A stretch of 49,839 bases of DNA, from the NCBI GenBank assembly GCA_039028495.1, contig JBCCHY010000003.1, forward strand, positions 1-49,839, written 5' to 3'. Position numbers and translations under genes: made by a program. This document shows positions 19,428 through 30,940 of this stretch, in pieces; positions within the stretch are counted from its first letter, which is position 1; every line of letters begins with the position of its first letter. Below the pieces are notes generated by a model. It saw nothing but the letters and a program-made list of their open reading frames with translations. It was not told the origin of the DNA and searched no databases. The stretch is from Patescibacteria group bacterium. Lineage in GTDB: Bacteria > Patescibacteriota > Saccharimonadia > Saccharimonadales > VXPC01.

Positions 19428-20195
19428 ATGATTGACGAGGATAGAGTCCAGCGGGAAAAAGATGCCTACAATGACCCAGACGGGTTTTTGAAGAATTCTA
19501 TAGCCCTACAGAGCAGGTTTAGCCATGTTTTTAAAAGTCCCAATTCAGTTCGAATGGAGACTGATCTAGAAGCCATGATGGGTAAGGTAGAGGGCAAAGT
19601 AGTCCTAGACTACGGTTGCTATAGCGGCGGTGTCAGCCTAGTGCTTTCGGATAATGGTGCAAAGCGAGTAGTGGGTATTGATATCTCAGAGCGTGGGGTT
19701 AAACAGGCAAAGAAAAAAAACATCAAACATGCCGAGTTCCATGTCATGGATGCCCATAAAACTACCTTTGATGACAATACATTTGATTACATCTTTGGCC
19801 GCTCGATCCTACACCATCTAGACTGGGAGATAGCGCTCAAAGAAATCGAGAGAATTCTAAAGCCCGGTGGCATAGCGGTGTTCACAGAACCACTAAACAT
19901 AAACCCCTTCGCAAAGCTACTCAGGGCAATCACAAAAAGCGCCAGGACACATGATGAGCTCGCTCTACAGCTATGGCACCTCAGAACTGCATCTCAGATA
20001 TTCCCGGGTTCAAAGAATTCTTACTACAACCTACTAACTGTGCCTGTAGGTATGCTGAGTAGTAAGCTTAGTAAGAACCCGAACAACGTCGTTATGAGAA
20101 CCGTTGACGTAGTCGACAGACTACTACTTAAAACTCCACTGAAGTACTGGTCTAGGGTCACACTAGTCCGCTGGCAGAAAAAAACTAAAGACTAA
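19428..20195 (+). CDS. Class I SAM-dependent methyltransferase
   Basis: VLDYGCYSG, GIDIS, MDAH, ILHHL, RILKPGG. Confidence 0.88.
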   Translation: MIDEDRVQREKDAYNDPDGFLKNSIALQSRFSHVFKSPNSVRMETDLEAMMGKVEGKVVLDYGCYSGGVSLVLSDNGAKRVVGIDISERGVKQAKKKNIKHAEFHVMDAHKTTFDDNTFDYIFGRSILHHLDWEIALKEIERILKPGGIAVFTEPLNINPFAKLLRAITKSARTHDELALQLWHLRTASQIFPGSKNSYYNLLTVPVGMLSSKLSKNPNNVVMRTVDVVDRLLLKTPLKYWSRVTLVRWQKKTKD

Positions 20196-20313
20196 CTATT
20201 AGTGAAATACTAGCTGGACAGTGAAAACTACTATATACTAGCTGCTAATTGGTAAGACCCTATATTTAGTGTGTGTCAAAAACCAGAATAAACTATTAAT
20301 CTAAGGAATAACT

Positions 20314-22431
20314 ATGGCAGATCAAACAGTAGACAATCTACAAGACGTACGTAACGTAGGTATTATCGCGCACATCGATGCGGGTAAAACCACGACAACA
20401 GAGGGTATCCTCTACCGTACTGGCATGAAGCACAAGATTGGTGCAGTACATGACGGTGAAGCGACCATGGACTGGATGGAGCAAGAGCGCGAGCGTGGCA
20501 TCACCATTACTTCTGCTGCAACTACGTGCTTCTGGAAAGATCACAAGATCAACATCATCGATACACCAGGCCACATTGACTTCACTGTAGAAGTAGAGCG
20601 ATCACTGCGCGTCCTAGATGGCGCGGTTGTTGTGTTTGACGGCAAGATGGGTGTAGAGGCCCAGACAGAGACTGTCTGGCGTCAGGCTAATAAGTACTCT
20701 GTGCCGCGTGTTTGCTTTATTAACAAAATCAACCAAACTGGCGGTGACTTTTATAAGAGCATGGAGAGTATGCACGAGCGGCTCAGTAAAGCTATCTTCC
20801 CAGTCCACCTACCAATAGGTTTTGAGCAGGAGATAAATGGCATTGTCGATCTGATCAGCATGAAAGCCTACACGTACAAAGAATTCACTGACAAAGAGCT
20901 CGTTGAAAGCGAAATCCCTGCTGACATGACTGACAAGGTCAAGAACTACCGTACGCTACTTATAGAAAACGCCTGTGCTGAAGACGAAGAGATGCTAGAG
21001 AAGCTCCTTGAGGTTGGTGAAGAAGGTCTAAGCGAGGAAGACATTAAGCACGCTATCCGTACAGCAACACTCAGTGGTAACTTCTACGTAGCTACCGGTG
21101 GTGATGGTCGCGGTGTGATCGTCGAAAAAGTCCTCGATCTAATGACTGATTTTCTTCCCAGCCCACTAGATCGTGGTAGCTCATGGGGTGAACATCCAAA
21201 GAGCGGTGACGAGATCGAACGCAAGCCAGATGCAGAAGAACCATTCGCAGGTCTTGCATTCAAGATTGCTACAGACCCATTCGTAGGCAAGCTCTGCTTT
21301 GTACGTGTGTATTCTGGAACACTTAAGAGCGGCTCCTATGTAATGAACGCCTCGACAGGTGAAAAAGAACGAGTTGGCCGTATCGTACGTATGTTCGCTG
21401 ACAAGCGTGAAGAAATTGATGAAGTAAAAGCAGGTGATATCGCCGCAGTTGTAGGCCTCAAGGCGACTACAACGGGCAACACTCTCAGCGATGTTAACAA
21501 CACAATCATCCTAGAGTCGATAGAGTTCCCTGAACCACCTGTTAGTATTGCTATCGAGCCAGCTACCAAAGCTGACCAAGAAAAGATGAGCACAGCCCTC
21601 CAGAGGCTAGCAGAAGAAGACCCAACCTTCCGCGTATCTGTAGACGACGAAACGAATCAAACTATCATCAGCGGTATGGGCGAGTTACACCTAGAGATCC
21701 TTGTTGACCGTATGAAGCGAGAGTTTAGTGTTGTTGCAAATGTAGGTCAGCCACAGGTTGCCTACCGCGAAACCATCAAGACTACAGGTGTCGAAGCCCA
21801 AGGTAAGTTTGTCAGACAATCAGGAGGTCGTGGTCAGTATGGTGATGTCTGGGTCCGTCTCGAGAAGCGCGACATGACAGATGAGGAAGAAAAAGAAAAG
21901 GGCGAGCTAGAGTTCGTCAACGCCATCAAGGGCGGTGTTGTGCCTCAGGAATACATCGGTGCAGTCAAAGCAGGTATCACCGAAGCGATGACCACTGGTG
22001 TTGTGGCCGGGTATCCAGTAGTTGGTATCAAGGCTACGCTATATGACGGTTCATACCACGATGTAGACTCTTCAGAAATGGCATTCAAGATAGCCGGCTC
22101 AATGGGGTTCCAGGCAGCCATGAAAGACGCACAGCCAGTACTACTCGAACCAATCATGAAAGTAGAGATCGTTACGCCAGAAGAATTCATGGGTGACGTC
22201 ATTGGTGACGTAAACTCACGTCGCGGACGTGTCGAATCTATGGATGATCGTTTTGGTGCCAAAGTAGTTCTATCATTTGTCCCGTTAGCAGAGATGTTCG
22301 GCTATACAACAGACCTTCGTTCAATGACCCAAGGTCGAGCAGCCAGCACGATGGAACTCCACGACTACGCAGAAGTACCAGGCAACGTCGCTGAAGCTAT
22401 CGTAGCCAAAAACACCAAGTCAGCCGAATAG
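20314..22431 (+). CDS. fusA: Elongation factor G
   Basis: [45 protein letters not shown]. Confidence 0.98.
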   Translation: MADQTVDNLQDVRNVGIIAHIDAGKTTTTEGILYRTGMKHKIGAVHDGEATMDWMEQERERGITITSAATTCFWKDHKINIIDTPGHIDFTVEVERSLRVLDGAVVVFDGKMGVEAQTETVWRQANKYSVPRVCFINKINQTGGDFYKSMESMHERLSKAIFPVHLPIGFEQEINGIVDLISMKAYTYKEFTDKELVESEIPADMTDKVKNYRTLLIENACAEDEEMLEKLLEVGEEGLSEEDIKHAIRTATLSGNFYVATGGDGRGVIVEKVLDLMTDFLPSPLDRGSSWGEHPKSGDEIERKPDAEEPFAGLAFKIATDPFVGKLCFVRVYSGTLKSGSYVMNASTGEKERVGRIVRMFADKREEIDEVKAGDIAAVVGLKATTTGNTLSDVNNTIILESIEFPEPPVSIAIEPATKADQEKMSTALQRLAEEDPTFRVSVDDETNQTIISGMGELHLEILVDRMKREFSVVANVGQPQVAYRETIKTTGVEAQGKFVRQSGGRGQYGDVWVRLEKRDMTDEEEKEKGELEFVNAIKGGVVPQEYIGAVKAGITEAMTTGVVAGYPVVGIKATLYDGSYHDVDSSEMAFKIAGSMGFQAAMKDAQPVLLEPIMKVEIVTPEEFMGDVIGDVNSRRGRVESMDDRFGAKVVLSFVPLAEMFGYTTDLRSMTQGRAASTMELHDYAEVPGNVAEAIVAKNTKSAE

Positions 22432-22612
22432 TCAGCTAGCCAAATATAGCTTCATAAAATGAGACTTTACTCTTGATAGAGGGCAGAGGCTACTATATAA
22501 TTTTGCAGTAACTCGCGTGAGGGCTTTGTTCGTGTGTTCTAAAACACTCGTTCGATATGGATCGCGAAACAAACAATTAATCATTAAATATACTTAAAGA
22601 AAGGTATAAGGA

Positions 22613-23794
22613 ATGGCAACATTTGACAGGTCAAAACCTCACGTCAACGTTGGTACTATGGGACACGTTGACCATGGTAAGACAACACTAACAGCAGCCA
22701 TCACTATGACTCTCTCAAAGAGACTACCAAGTGATGTTAACAAAGCAATCGACTACGCAGAGATCGACAACGCTCCAGAAGAGCGCGAGCGTGGTATCAC
22801 AATCTCAACATCTCACCAAGAGTACGAGAGCGAAAACCGTCACTACGCACACGTCGACATGCCAGGTCACGCAGACTACGTAAAAAACATGATCACAGGT
22901 GCTGCTCAGGTAGACGGCGCGATCTTGGTATGTTCTGCAGCAGATGGTCCTATGCCCCAAACTCGTGAGCACGTACTGCTTGCTCGCCAAGTAGGTGTAC
23001 CAAGCATCATCGTGTTCCTAAACAAGATGGACCTTGCAGATCCAGAACTAGTAGAAATCGTTGAAATGGACGTTCGTGAACTACTCGAGAAATACGAGTT
23101 TGATAGCGAAGCTCCTATTGTCAAAGGTTCTGCTACAAAGGCAGTTGAAGGCGACGAAGCTAACATGGACGCAATCATGGAGCTAGTCAAAGCTATGGAT
23201 GAATATATTCCAGAGCCTACTCGTGAGCTAGACAAGCCGTTCCTAATGCCTATTGAGGACGTTTTCTCAATCAAGGGTCGTGGAACAGTTGCAACAGGTC
23301 GTATCGAGTCTGGTGTAGTTGAGCTAAACGAAGAGATCGAGATCGTTGGTATCCGTGACACGCAAAAGACTGTTGTTACCGGTATCGAAGCGTTCAAAAA
23401 GGATCTAGACAAGGGTCAGGCAGGTGACAACGCTGGTGTACTACTACGTGGTATCGAGCGTGATGACATCGAGCGTGGTCAGGTTCTATGTAAGCCTGGT
23501 TCTGTAACGCCGCACACTGAATTCGACGCAGAGGTGTATATCCTTAGCAAAGAAGAGGGCGGACGCCACACACCATTCTTCAAGGGCTACAAGCCACAGT
23601 TCTACTTCAGAACTACTGACGTAACGGGTGAGGTTGAATTGCCAGCTGACAAAGAAATGGTCATGCCTGGTGACACAGTCACATTCAAGGTCAAACTACT
23701 ACAACCAATCGCTATGGACCAAGGTCTACGCTTCGCTATCCGCGAAGGCGGCCGTACCGTAGGTGCTGGTGTAGTTACGAAGATCGATAAGTAA
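22613..23794 (+). CDS. tuf: Elongation factor Tu
   Basis: [33 protein letters not shown]. Confidence 0.99.
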   Translation: MATFDRSKPHVNVGTMGHVDHGKTTLTAAITMTLSKRLPSDVNKAIDYAEIDNAPEERERGITISTSHQEYESENRHYAHVDMPGHADYVKNMITGAAQVDGAILVCSAADGPMPQTREHVLLARQVGVPSIIVFLNKMDLADPELVEIVEMDVRELLEKYEFDSEAPIVKGSATKAVEGDEANMDAIMELVKAMDEYIPEPTRELDKPFLMPIEDVFSIKGRGTVATGRIESGVVELNEEIEIVGIRDTQKTVVTGIEAFKKDLDKGQAGDNAGVLLRGIERDDIERGQVLCKPGSVTPHTEFDAEVYILSKEEGGRHTPFFKGYKPQFYFRTTDVTGEVELPADKEMVMPGDTVTFKVKLLQPIAMDQGLRFAIREGGRTVGAGVVTKIDK

Positions 23795-23817
23795 TAGACT
23801 TATCTGATCTATCTTAA

Positions 23818-23845
23818 AAGAGGTCCAATCAGGGCCTCTTTAACT
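23818..23845 (+). terminator. Probable intrinsic terminator after tuf
   Basis: AAGAGGTCC-AATCA-GGGCCTCTT followed by a T-rich tract. Confidence 0.65.
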
Positions 23846-23975
23846 TTAAGTGGTTTATGTTATAGTTTGTACGTAAATTAAACGTGTTGACTAAAAGTCG
23901 TTATTCTCAGAAATTAAGTAGATAGAGATGTTACAACACCGTGTGTAAGCGCGTCAGTCTTACGAAGGAGCTAAC

Positions 23976-24302
23976 ATGGCTGATAAAACAGCAGCGCCAG
24001 TACAACGTATACGCGTTAGACTAAAGGCGTATGACCATAAAGTAATCGACCAGTCTGCTAAGCAGATCGTTGACAGTGCATTACGTACAGGTGCCAAAAT
24101 CAAAGGACCAGTACCTTTGCCAACTAAAAAAACTAAGTACACTGTTATAAAGAGTCCTCATGTCTACAAAAAGGGTCGCGAACAGTTCGAAATGCGCGTA
24201 CACCTACGCCTTATCGATATCACAGAGGCTACACCAAAGACTATTGATAGCCTGATGAACCTCAGCCTACCAGCTGGTTGTGACGCCGAAATCAAGATGT
24301 AA
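23976..24302 (+). CDS. rpsJ: 30S ribosomal protein S10
   Basis: [27 protein letters not shown]. Confidence 0.98.
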   Translation: MADKTAAPVQRIRVRLKAYDHKVIDQSAKQIVDSALRTGAKIKGPVPLPTKKTKYTVIKSPHVYKKGREQFEMRVHLRLIDITEATPKTIDSLMNLSLPAGCDAEIKM

Positions 24303-24865
24303 TGCATATATATTCTGGGATACCACTCCCAAAGTTTGATGAAGATCATGTAGAGTCGGTGTTTACTGAATATAGGGCAACCTTGAAAGCAAACGGAGAT
24401 TCTGACGCAGCAATGCTTCAGGTATTACCAGGTGTAGATAGAGCAATAATTGATACAGTTTACGATTATAGTGAGCAAGTAATGTGGGTAACAGGGAATC
24501 CTGAGTCAGATTCTACAACACGGATAGTTATTGCCTGCATGCTTGCCAACCTATGTGTTGTTGTAGACGAGAGAGTGCCAATAACAGATGCATCTTTTGA
24601 GTATGCTAGAAGAAGATCGGATCGGTTAATTGACTCACTTCCGACGAAAAGTGGGGTTAGAAACGCCGACGAAGGCTTCGCTCTACTTGGTGAAACAGGA
24701 CTGACCCAAATTGCTCTTAAGAATAAAGCTTACTCGGACATGGCGATCAGGCGATCAAGACAGTTTGTCTATAATGGTACAAGGGGTTTTGCTCTAACTG
24801 CGTTTATGAGTGCGCACGACATAATGCATTCTGCGTACAATGCACATCTAGCGTCGACGAACTGA
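24302..24865 (+). CDS. Hypothetical protein
   Basis: 187 aa; TAATG overlap with the rpsJ stop. Confidence 0.6.
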   Translation: MHIYSGIPLPKFDEDHVESVFTEYRATLKANGDSDAAMLQVLPGVDRAIIDTVYDYSEQVMWVTGNPESDSTTRIVIACMLANLCVVVDERVPITDASFEYARRRSDRLIDSLPTKSGVRNADEGFALLGETGLTQIALKNKAYSDMAIRRSRQFVYNGTRGFALTAFMSAHDIMHSAYNAHLASTN

Positions 24866-24887
24866 TAAGGTGTGATAAGATTTTTAA

Positions 24888-25139
24888 ATGAGAATGAAGC
24901 AATCTGACTCAACATTTTTACTAAAGATAGTGCTGTACTTTCTGCTTGGTGCTCTGTGGTTACATGTTGAGGTCGACGGACAAGATTGGTTTGCGCCCAT
25001 ACCAGTAGGGTTTTTAATAGGATTACTATTTGTATCTCATGATCATTTTGCGATTGATCGGAAAATTGAATATGCAATCCTAGTTGTCAGCATGTTTGTC
25101 AGCTTTGTACTCCCGATCGGTCTTGTCCTGCAGCTCTAG
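24888..25139 (+). CDS. Small membrane protein
   Basis: 83 aa; three hydrophobic segments. Confidence 0.7.
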   Translation: MRMKQSDSTFLLKIVLYFLLGALWLHVEVDGQDWFAPIPVGFLIGLLFVSHDHFAIDRKIEYAILVVSMFVSFVLPIGLVLQL

Positions 25140-25731
25140 CTAAACATTCTATATACTCCAATGGGTTAAAACCTGCACGAAGGAGAATTCTACCAGTATT
25201 CCTATCAGTGTAGTTTCCTTTAAATCTGTGCAAAGTCCACCTCCTAGTACCCATTAATTCATAGGTTCTTGGCTTGAAGCGTATAAAATTTGTTCCGTAT
25301 TCAGCAATGATCCTGCGTGCCATTCTATATTCGTTCTCATAAGGGTCGTAGAGTTCCTGCACTTCCGTATATGGTATTGGTTGAGCTGAAAATCCATACT
25401 CAGTGGTTAAGCTACTAGCACCTAATACTGAGTATGCAAAAGGGTCCGTGTGCCATGCGTCCGGAGACACATGCCTGCCGATAATTTCATGTCTTGCGTA
25501 TATAAATTCTAAACCCACCTCTGATAGGTCAGCCCATGACAGAATAGCTTTAACGGCATTAGGCTCCGCAGCCATCACTCTGCCGAACTCACTTATTGAT
25601 TTTGGGTGAGACCCTCGGTATCCACCTCCAGTTAAAAGCTTTTCGAAAGAGGTGAATACAAGAGGACCAAGCTTACCTAGACTAACAGGCGGTGGGTACA
25701 ACTCGTTCTCTATAGGCGCTCTTAATTTCAT
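25099..25731 (-). CDS. Hypothetical protein, possible Fe(II)/2OG oxygenase-like fold
   Basis: WHTD...LHR...RILLR spacing resembles HxD..H..R. Confidence 0.5.
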   Translation of the reverse strand: MKLRAPIENELYPPPVSLGKLGPLVFTSFEKLLTGGGYRGSHPKSISEFGRVMAAEPNAVKAILSWADLSEVGLEFIYARHEIIGRHVSPDAWHTDPFAYSVLGASSLTTEYGFSAQPIPYTEVQELYDPYENEYRMARRIIAEYGTNFIRFKPRTYELMGTRRWTLHRFKGNYTDRNTGRILLRAGFNPLEYIECLARAAGQDRSGVQS

Positions 25732-25781
25732 CAGATTAAACTTTATCCTAAATCTACTAGTTATAAAACTAGCAACTTATC

Positions 25782-25947
25782 TTGACAAAGGTGTTGCACC
25801 TCTGGTAACATTACCGGGTTATATATCAAGTCTGTGTATGCAGCTTGGTGAGCTGGAAGGTCAGTTACTACTGAAACCACCCGACACCAAGTCTTTTTTG
25901 TGCCCAGACACATGATAGTCATCACAAAGTAAAAAAAGGATCACCTA
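25782..25947 (+). promoter_or_regulatory. Promoter and structured leader of the rplC operon
   Basis: TTGACA-18 nt-TAACAT with TGn; nested stems TATCA/TGATA, GTCTG/CAGAC, CTTGGTG/CACCAAG, CAGT/ACTG. Confidence 0.6.
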
Positions 25948-26571
25948 GTGAAAGCTATGATAACCAGAAAGATCGGCATGACCTCTATCGTCAATGATGA
26001 TGGCGCGATGATTGCCGTGACCCTGCTATCCGCTAGCCCAAACGTAGTTACTCAGGTTAAAACTGTCGATTCTGACGGTTACCAAGCACTCCAGCTTGGT
26101 TTTGAAACTGCAAAAAAGGTTGGTAAGAGCCAAGCAGCGAAGTATAAAAAATCTAAAATAGATGCGCCCAAAGTAGTCCGTGAGCACCGAACAGACGAAC
26201 TTCCTGAAGACGTCAAGGTAGGCGATCAAATCTCAGTTGATAGTTTTGAAGTTGGAGATGTGGTAGATGTCACAGGTACTAGTAAAGGTAAAGGTTTCGC
26301 TGGTGCAATCAAAAGACACAATTTCCATCGCCAACGCAAGAGCCACGGTGCAAAAGGCAATACAAGAAAAATAGGCTCGATCGGCTCTATGTACCCTCAA
26401 AAAGTCATGAAAGGTAAAAAGATGCCAGGCCAATACGGAAACGTCCAGGTAACTACCGAAAAAGTGAAAGTTGCTCTAGTAGATACAGAGCACAATGTCA
26501 TCGGCATAGCTGGAGCAGTCCCAGGACCGAAAAAAGGTATTGTAGTTGTAAGAGGAGCGAAACGATCATGA
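25948..26571 (+). CDS. rplC: 50S ribosomal protein L3
   Basis: KIGMT, GTSKGKGFAGAIKRH, GAVPGPK; GTG start. Confidence 0.97.
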   Translation: MKAMITRKIGMTSIVNDDGAMIAVTLLSASPNVVTQVKTVDSDGYQALQLGFETAKKVGKSQAAKYKKSKIDAPKVVREHRTDELPEDVKVGDQISVDSFEVGDVVDVTGTSKGKGFAGAIKRHNFHRQRKSHGAKGNTRKIGSIGSMYPQKVMKGKKMPGQYGNVQVTTEKVKVALVDTEHNVIGIAGAVPGPKKGIVVVRGAKRS

Positions 26572-27197
26572 GTGTAGCTACCTTTACAAAATCAGGTGCA
26601 AAGGCATCGACTGCAGCAAAGCTAGACAAGTCAGTATTTGGAATCGAAGTTAACAACCATGAGCTAGTCAAAGCTGCCTACGAAATGCACAGGGCAAATG
26701 GCCGCGTTAACCTAGCAACCACAAAGACAAGAGGCAAAGTACGCGGCGGCGGTCGCAAACCATGGCGCCAAAAGGGCACAGGTCGCGCCAGGTTCGGATC
26801 TATCAGAGTACCTATCTGGAGAGGCGGTGGTATAACATTCGGACCTCTTGGCGAAGAAAACTACTCTAAAAACATGAATAAAAAGGCGCGTAAACTAGCT
26901 ATCAGGCAAGCTCTCAGCCTAAAAGCTAGCAACGTTATCGTAGTCGAAAGCCTCGATTCAAAAGGCAAAACATCTGAGCTGGCCAAACTACTGAAAAAGA
27001 TAGATGCAGAGCGAAAATCCCTACTAGTAAATCTAGAGGTTAACCAGCTGCTAGAAAATGCTGCTCGCAACATACCAGACGTTGAGATAGTTGCTCCAAT
27101 GTACCTAAATGTTTTCGACATCATGAATGCAGATCACATAATACTGACTAGGGACTCACTTGCAGCAGTCCAGCAGTGGCTAGGAGACACAAAATGA
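26568..27197 (+). CDS. rplD: 50S ribosomal protein L4
   Basis: GGGRKPWRQKGTGRAR. Confidence 0.98.
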   Translation: MSVATFTKSGAKASTAAKLDKSVFGIEVNNHELVKAAYEMHRANGRVNLATTKTRGKVRGGGRKPWRQKGTGRARFGSIRVPIWRGGGITFGPLGEENYSKNMNKKARKLAIRQALSLKASNVIVVESLDSKGKTSELAKLLKKIDAERKSLLVNLEVNQLLENAARNIPDVEIVAPMYLNVFDIMNADHIILTRDSLAAVQQWLGDTK

Positions 27198-27502
27198 TAA
27201 TCACTCCACGAATCAGCGAAAAAGCGTATAAACAGAGCACAGAGATGAACGTCTATGTATTTGATGTACCTAAAGACGCCAATAAACTAGATATTAAACA
27301 AGCTGTCGAGTCCAGCTACAGTGTCACTGTTACAAAAGTGAGGACTCTTGTGCAGGACGGTAAAAAGGCTCGTAGCATCAGACTAAAACAGAGGGGTAGT
27401 TACGTTGTGGGTACTAGACCAGATGTAAAGAAGGCCTACGTGACTCTCAAAGAAGGTGACGAAATCACAGTGTTTGAACAAGTAGACGGAGGTAACGAGT
27501 AA
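27194..27502 (+). CDS. rplW: 50S ribosomal protein L23
   Basis: PRISEKA, KKAYVTL; ATG 27194 overlaps the rplD stop. Confidence 0.95.
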   Translation: MIITPRISEKAYKQSTEMNVYVFDVPKDANKLDIKQAVESSYSVTVTKVRTLVQDGKKARSIRLKQRGSYVVGTRPDVKKAYVTLKEGDEITVFEQVDGGNE

Positions 27503-28338
27503 TGGCTATACGTTCAATGAAACCAGTTACTCCAGGCCAGAGGGGCATGACTACACAGGACTTTGACCAAGTCACTGCGAAAAAGCCAGTTAAAAGCCTA
27601 CTAGTAAAGAAAAAACAGCGTGCAGGACGTAATAACCGCGGTGTCATAACAACCCGTCATAGGGGTGGAGGTCACAAGAAGCATTATCGTCTAATCAACT
27701 GGAACCTCCCAGATGGCTTCAAAGCCACCGTAGAGCATATTGAGTATGATCCTAACCGCAGCGCCCGTATCGCACGCCTACGTGAAGAGAACAACACACC
27801 ACACTACATGATTGCGACCAAGTCGCTTAAGCAAGGCGCTACAGTCGAGTCCTCAGAAGAAGCACCGATTGAGGTAGGTAATCGCTTGCCGCTAAAAAAC
27901 ATACCGACAGGTACTATCGTATATTGCATAGAAATGGTGCCGGGCAAAGGTGCTCAGCTAGTACGCAGTGCTGGTACAGGTGCCCAGCTCGCCGCTAAAG
28001 ATGGAGATTATGCCCAGCTTAAACTACCTAGTGGCGAAGTTCGCATGATCCACCTAGACTGTAAAGCCCACATTGGATCAGTTGGCAATGAGCAGCACCA
28101 AAACGTCAAGATTGGTAAAGCTGGTCGTAACCGCAACAGAGGACGTCGCCCTGGTGTGCGCGGTGTAGTTATGAACCCAGTTGACCACCCACATGGTGGT
28201 GGTGAGGCCAAAGGTAAGGGCTACAAGGCACCGATGACACCATGGGGCCAAAAAACACTCGGCTACAAGACTCGTAACCGTAATAAGTCAACTAACAAGT
28301 TTATCGTGCGCAGTCGCCACGAGGCTAAGAGGAAATAA
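27502..28338 (+). CDS. rplB: 50S ribosomal protein L2
   Basis: [20 protein letters not shown]. Confidence 0.99.
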   Translation: MAIRSMKPVTPGQRGMTTQDFDQVTAKKPVKSLLVKKKQRAGRNNRGVITTRHRGGGHKKHYRLINWNLPDGFKATVEHIEYDPNRSARIARLREENNTPHYMIATKSLKQGATVESSEEAPIEVGNRLPLKNIPTGTIVYCIEMVPGKGAQLVRSAGTGAQLAAKDGDYAQLKLPSGEVRMIHLDCKAHIGSVGNEQHQNVKIGKAGRNRNRGRRPGVRGVVMNPVDHPHGGGEAKGKGYKAPMTPWGQKTLGYKTRNRNKSTNKFIVRSRHEAKRK

Positions 28339-28340
28339 CC

Positions 28341-28610
28341 ATGAGTAGAAGTCTCAAAAAAGGACCATTCGTAGACCCCAAGCTAGCCAAGAAAGTGGCT
28401 GCCCTGGGTAAAGAGGACAGGACAATCATTAAAACCTGGGCACGCGCGAGTACAATTGCCCCTGAATTTGTAGGTAGAACAATCGCTGTATATAACGGTA
28501 AAGTCCACGTGCCTGTGTTCATCACAGAAAACATGGTCGGACACAAACTAGGCGAGTTTGCTCCAACACGTAAGTTCCGTGGACACGGCGGAAAGCTGGC
28601 GAAAGGGTAA
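28341..28610 (+). CDS. rpsS: 30S ribosomal protein S19
   Basis: [24 protein letters not shown]. Confidence 0.99.
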   Translation: MSRSLKKGPFVDPKLAKKVAALGKEDRTIIKTWARASTIAPEFVGRTIAVYNGKVHVPVFITENMVGHKLGEFAPTRKFRGHGGKLAKG

Positions 28611-28612
28611 TC

Positions 28613-28987
28613 ATGATAGTTAAATCCATCGCTAAAAACGTCCCAATTAGCCCCCGTAAAGTACGCACTGTTGCCGCACTAGTTCGAGGACGCAGTGTTG
28701 CAGATGCGCTTACGATCTTAGAGCACACACCCCGCAAGAGTGCCTCTGCAGTAGCCAAAACAATCAAAAGCGCCCAAGCTAACGCTACTAATAACCACGA
28801 CCTAAAGGGTGACTCTCTAGTCATTGACCAGATCTTTGTGACTACAGGACGTAAGCTAAAGAGGTACAGACCTGCAGCACATGGACGTGCGCTGCCTTAT
28901 CAGAAAAAGCAAACCAACATATACGTACACGTCACAGGTGAGCAAAAGGCTAAAAAGCCGGCCAAGTCTAAGAAGGAGGCTAAATAA
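28613..28987 (+). CDS. rplV: 50S ribosomal protein L22
   Basis: ISPRKVR, SAQANA, RPAAHGRA. Confidence 0.97.
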   Translation: MIVKSIAKNVPISPRKVRTVAALVRGRSVADALTILEHTPRKSASAVAKTIKSAQANATNNHDLKGDSLVIDQIFVTTGRKLKRYRPAAHGRALPYQKKQTNIYVHVTGEQKAKKPAKSKKEAK

Positions 28988-29619
28988 TGGGTCAGAAAGT
29001 AAATCCAATAAGCATGCGCCTCCAGGTCAGTAAAGACTGGCGTAGCAAATGGTTCGCCAGCAAAAGAGAGTACGCTGCATACCTTGAGAAAGACCTCAAG
29101 GCTCGCAAGCTTATCAAAGACAAGCTGGGTATGCATGCGGCCATCAACAAAGTCAACATTGAGCGTTCAGCAAGCACAATTGCCTTTACTATCTATACGG
29201 GGCGAGCGGGTGTAGTTATCGGACGAGGTGGTTCAGGTGTGCAGGAGCTAACTAGACAGCTTAGCAAGATCTACGGAGTACCCGTCAAGGTCAATATAGA
29301 AGAAATCAAAAAAACCGAAATGTACGCTCAACTTGTCGCTGAAAATATCGCCAATCAACTAGAGCGTCGTATTTCATTCCGGCGTGCCATCAAGAGCACA
29401 GCTGCTGCGACAATGCGTGCAGGAGCAAAGGGTATTCGTATAGAGATCTCAGGTCGCCTAGGTGGAGCAGAAATGTCCAGACGAGAGCGTGAGGTCCAAG
29501 GGTCAGTACCGCTACACACCATCCGCGCCGACATAGACTATGGCTATGCAAGAGCAAACTACCCTGGTTCAGGAATTATCGGGGTTAAGGTTTGGATCAA
29601 CAAAGGTGAGGTGAGCTAA
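28987..29619 (+). CDS. rpsC: 30S ribosomal protein S3
   Basis: [26 protein letters not shown]. Confidence 0.98.
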   Translation: MGQKVNPISMRLQVSKDWRSKWFASKREYAAYLEKDLKARKLIKDKLGMHAAINKVNIERSASTIAFTIYTGRAGVVIGRGGSGVQELTRQLSKIYGVPVKVNIEEIKKTEMYAQLVAENIANQLERRISFRRAIKSTAAATMRAGAKGIRIEISGRLGGAEMSRREREVQGSVPLHTIRADIDYGYARANYPGSGIIGVKVWINKGEVS

Positions 29620-29621
29620 TC

Positions 29622-30035
29622 ATGTTGATGCCAAATAAAATGAAATTTAGAAAGAGCTTCAAGGGCCGTATACACGGTAAAGCAACGAGAGGTGGCTCGC
29701 TAGCGTACGGTCGCTACGGACTGCAGAGCCAGCAAGCAGATCGCATTACAGGGAGGCAGATTGAGGCAGCTCGTCAGGCTATGACCAGATACAGCAAGCG
29801 TGGGGGTAAAATCTGGATACGTATTTTCCCGCATATCCCTGTCAGTAAAAAACCTGTGGGTCTGAAGATGGGTAAAGGCAAAGGAAATCCTGAATTTTAT
29901 GTAGCGAGAGTCAAACCTGGCACAGTTTTATTTGAAATGGACGGAGTTCCTGAAGAGACTGCTAGAGAAGCTATGCGACTGGCGGCACATAAACTACCAG
30001 TAAAGACAAAATTCATAGTAAAGGGGAGCTTCTAA
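29622..30035 (+). CDS. rplP: 50S ribosomal protein L16
   Basis: QIEAAR, WIRIFP, MGKGKG. Confidence 0.98.
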   Translation: MLMPNKMKFRKSFKGRIHGKATRGGSLAYGRYGLQSQQADRITGRQIEAARQAMTRYSKRGGKIWIRIFPHIPVSKKPVGLKMGKGKGNPEFYVARVKPGTVLFEMDGVPEETAREAMRLAAHKLPVKTKFIVKGSF

Positions 30036-30036
30036 A

Positions 30037-30231
30037 ATGGCTGAAAAGAAGAAAAACCAGACTACTGATTTAGATAAAAAACTGGCAGAACTGAGAGTCG
30101 AAATGCTCGAACAACTTCGTGCAATCAAGACAGGAACAAGCACCAATGTTAGAAAAAGCACTCATATACGCCGAGAAATTGCTCGGACTTTGACACTTAA
30201 GAACACACAGCAGAAGGGAGACGCAAAATGA
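30037..30231 (+). CDS. rpmC: 50S ribosomal protein L29
   Basis: Position between rplP and rpsQ; RREIARTLT. Confidence 0.88.
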   Translation: MAEKKKNQTTDLDKKLAELRVEMLEQLRAIKTGTSTNVRKSTHIRREIARTLTLKNTQQKGDAK

Positions 30232-30575
30232 GAAAAACACTCCAAGGAACAGTAGTGGCTGACACACTCGACAAGACTATTACGGTACGCGTCGACACTA
30301 GCAAGACGCATCCGCTCTACAAAAAGAGCTACAGTACTAGTAAAAAGTATGCCGTCCATGATGAGGCTAATAAAGCTGTAATAAACGATATTGTCATCAT
30401 TGAGGAGTGCCGACCTGTAAGCAAGCGTAAGTCATGGGCCCTAAAAGAAATTACAGGCCGGGAAGGTTTAAAGCACGTAGAAGCAGAGCCTGAGCCGGTA
30501 GAAAAGACTAAACCAGAAGAATCTAAAGCACACAAGAAAAAAACAGCCAAAAAAACCGACGAGGCTGCAAAATGA
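30228..30575 (+). CDS. rpsQ: 30S ribosomal protein S17 with C-terminal extension
   Basis: [23 protein letters not shown]. Confidence 0.97.
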   Translation: MRKTLQGTVVADTLDKTITVRVDTSKTHPLYKKSYSTSKKYAVHDEANKAVINDIVIIEECRPVSKRKSWALKEITGREGLKHVEAEPEPVEKTKPEESKAHKKKTAKKTDEAAK

Positions 30576-30940
30576 TCCAGCAGGAAAGCACACTGGCGGT
30601 CTGTGACAATAGTGGGGCAAAAAAGATCCTTTGCATTAGAGTGCTCGGCGGTACTCGAAGACGTTACGCACGCGTTGGAGACGTTATTGTAGCCAGCGTT
30701 AAAGAAGCAAGCACAACAGGTGCAGTCAAGAAAAAGCAAGTTGTTAGAGCTGTAGTTGTACGGACGCGTGACCAGATCCAACGCAAAGACGGTAGTACAA
30801 TCGCATTTGACGATAACGCTGCAGTCATCATTGGTGATGATAATGAACCACGAGCTACACGTATATTTGGTCCAGTGCCGCGTGAGCTTAGAGAAAAAGG
30901 CTACAGCAAAATAATCAGCCTTGCCCCGGAGGTCCTATAA
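30572..30940 (+). CDS. rplN: 50S ribosomal protein L14
   Basis: DNSGAK, FDDNAAV, SLAPEVL. Confidence 0.99.
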   Translation: MIQQESTLAVCDNSGAKKILCIRVLGGTRRRYARVGDVIVASVKEASTTGAVKKKQVVRAVVVRTRDQIQRKDGSTIAFDDNAAVIIGDDNEPRATRIFGPVPRELREKGYSKIISLAPEVL

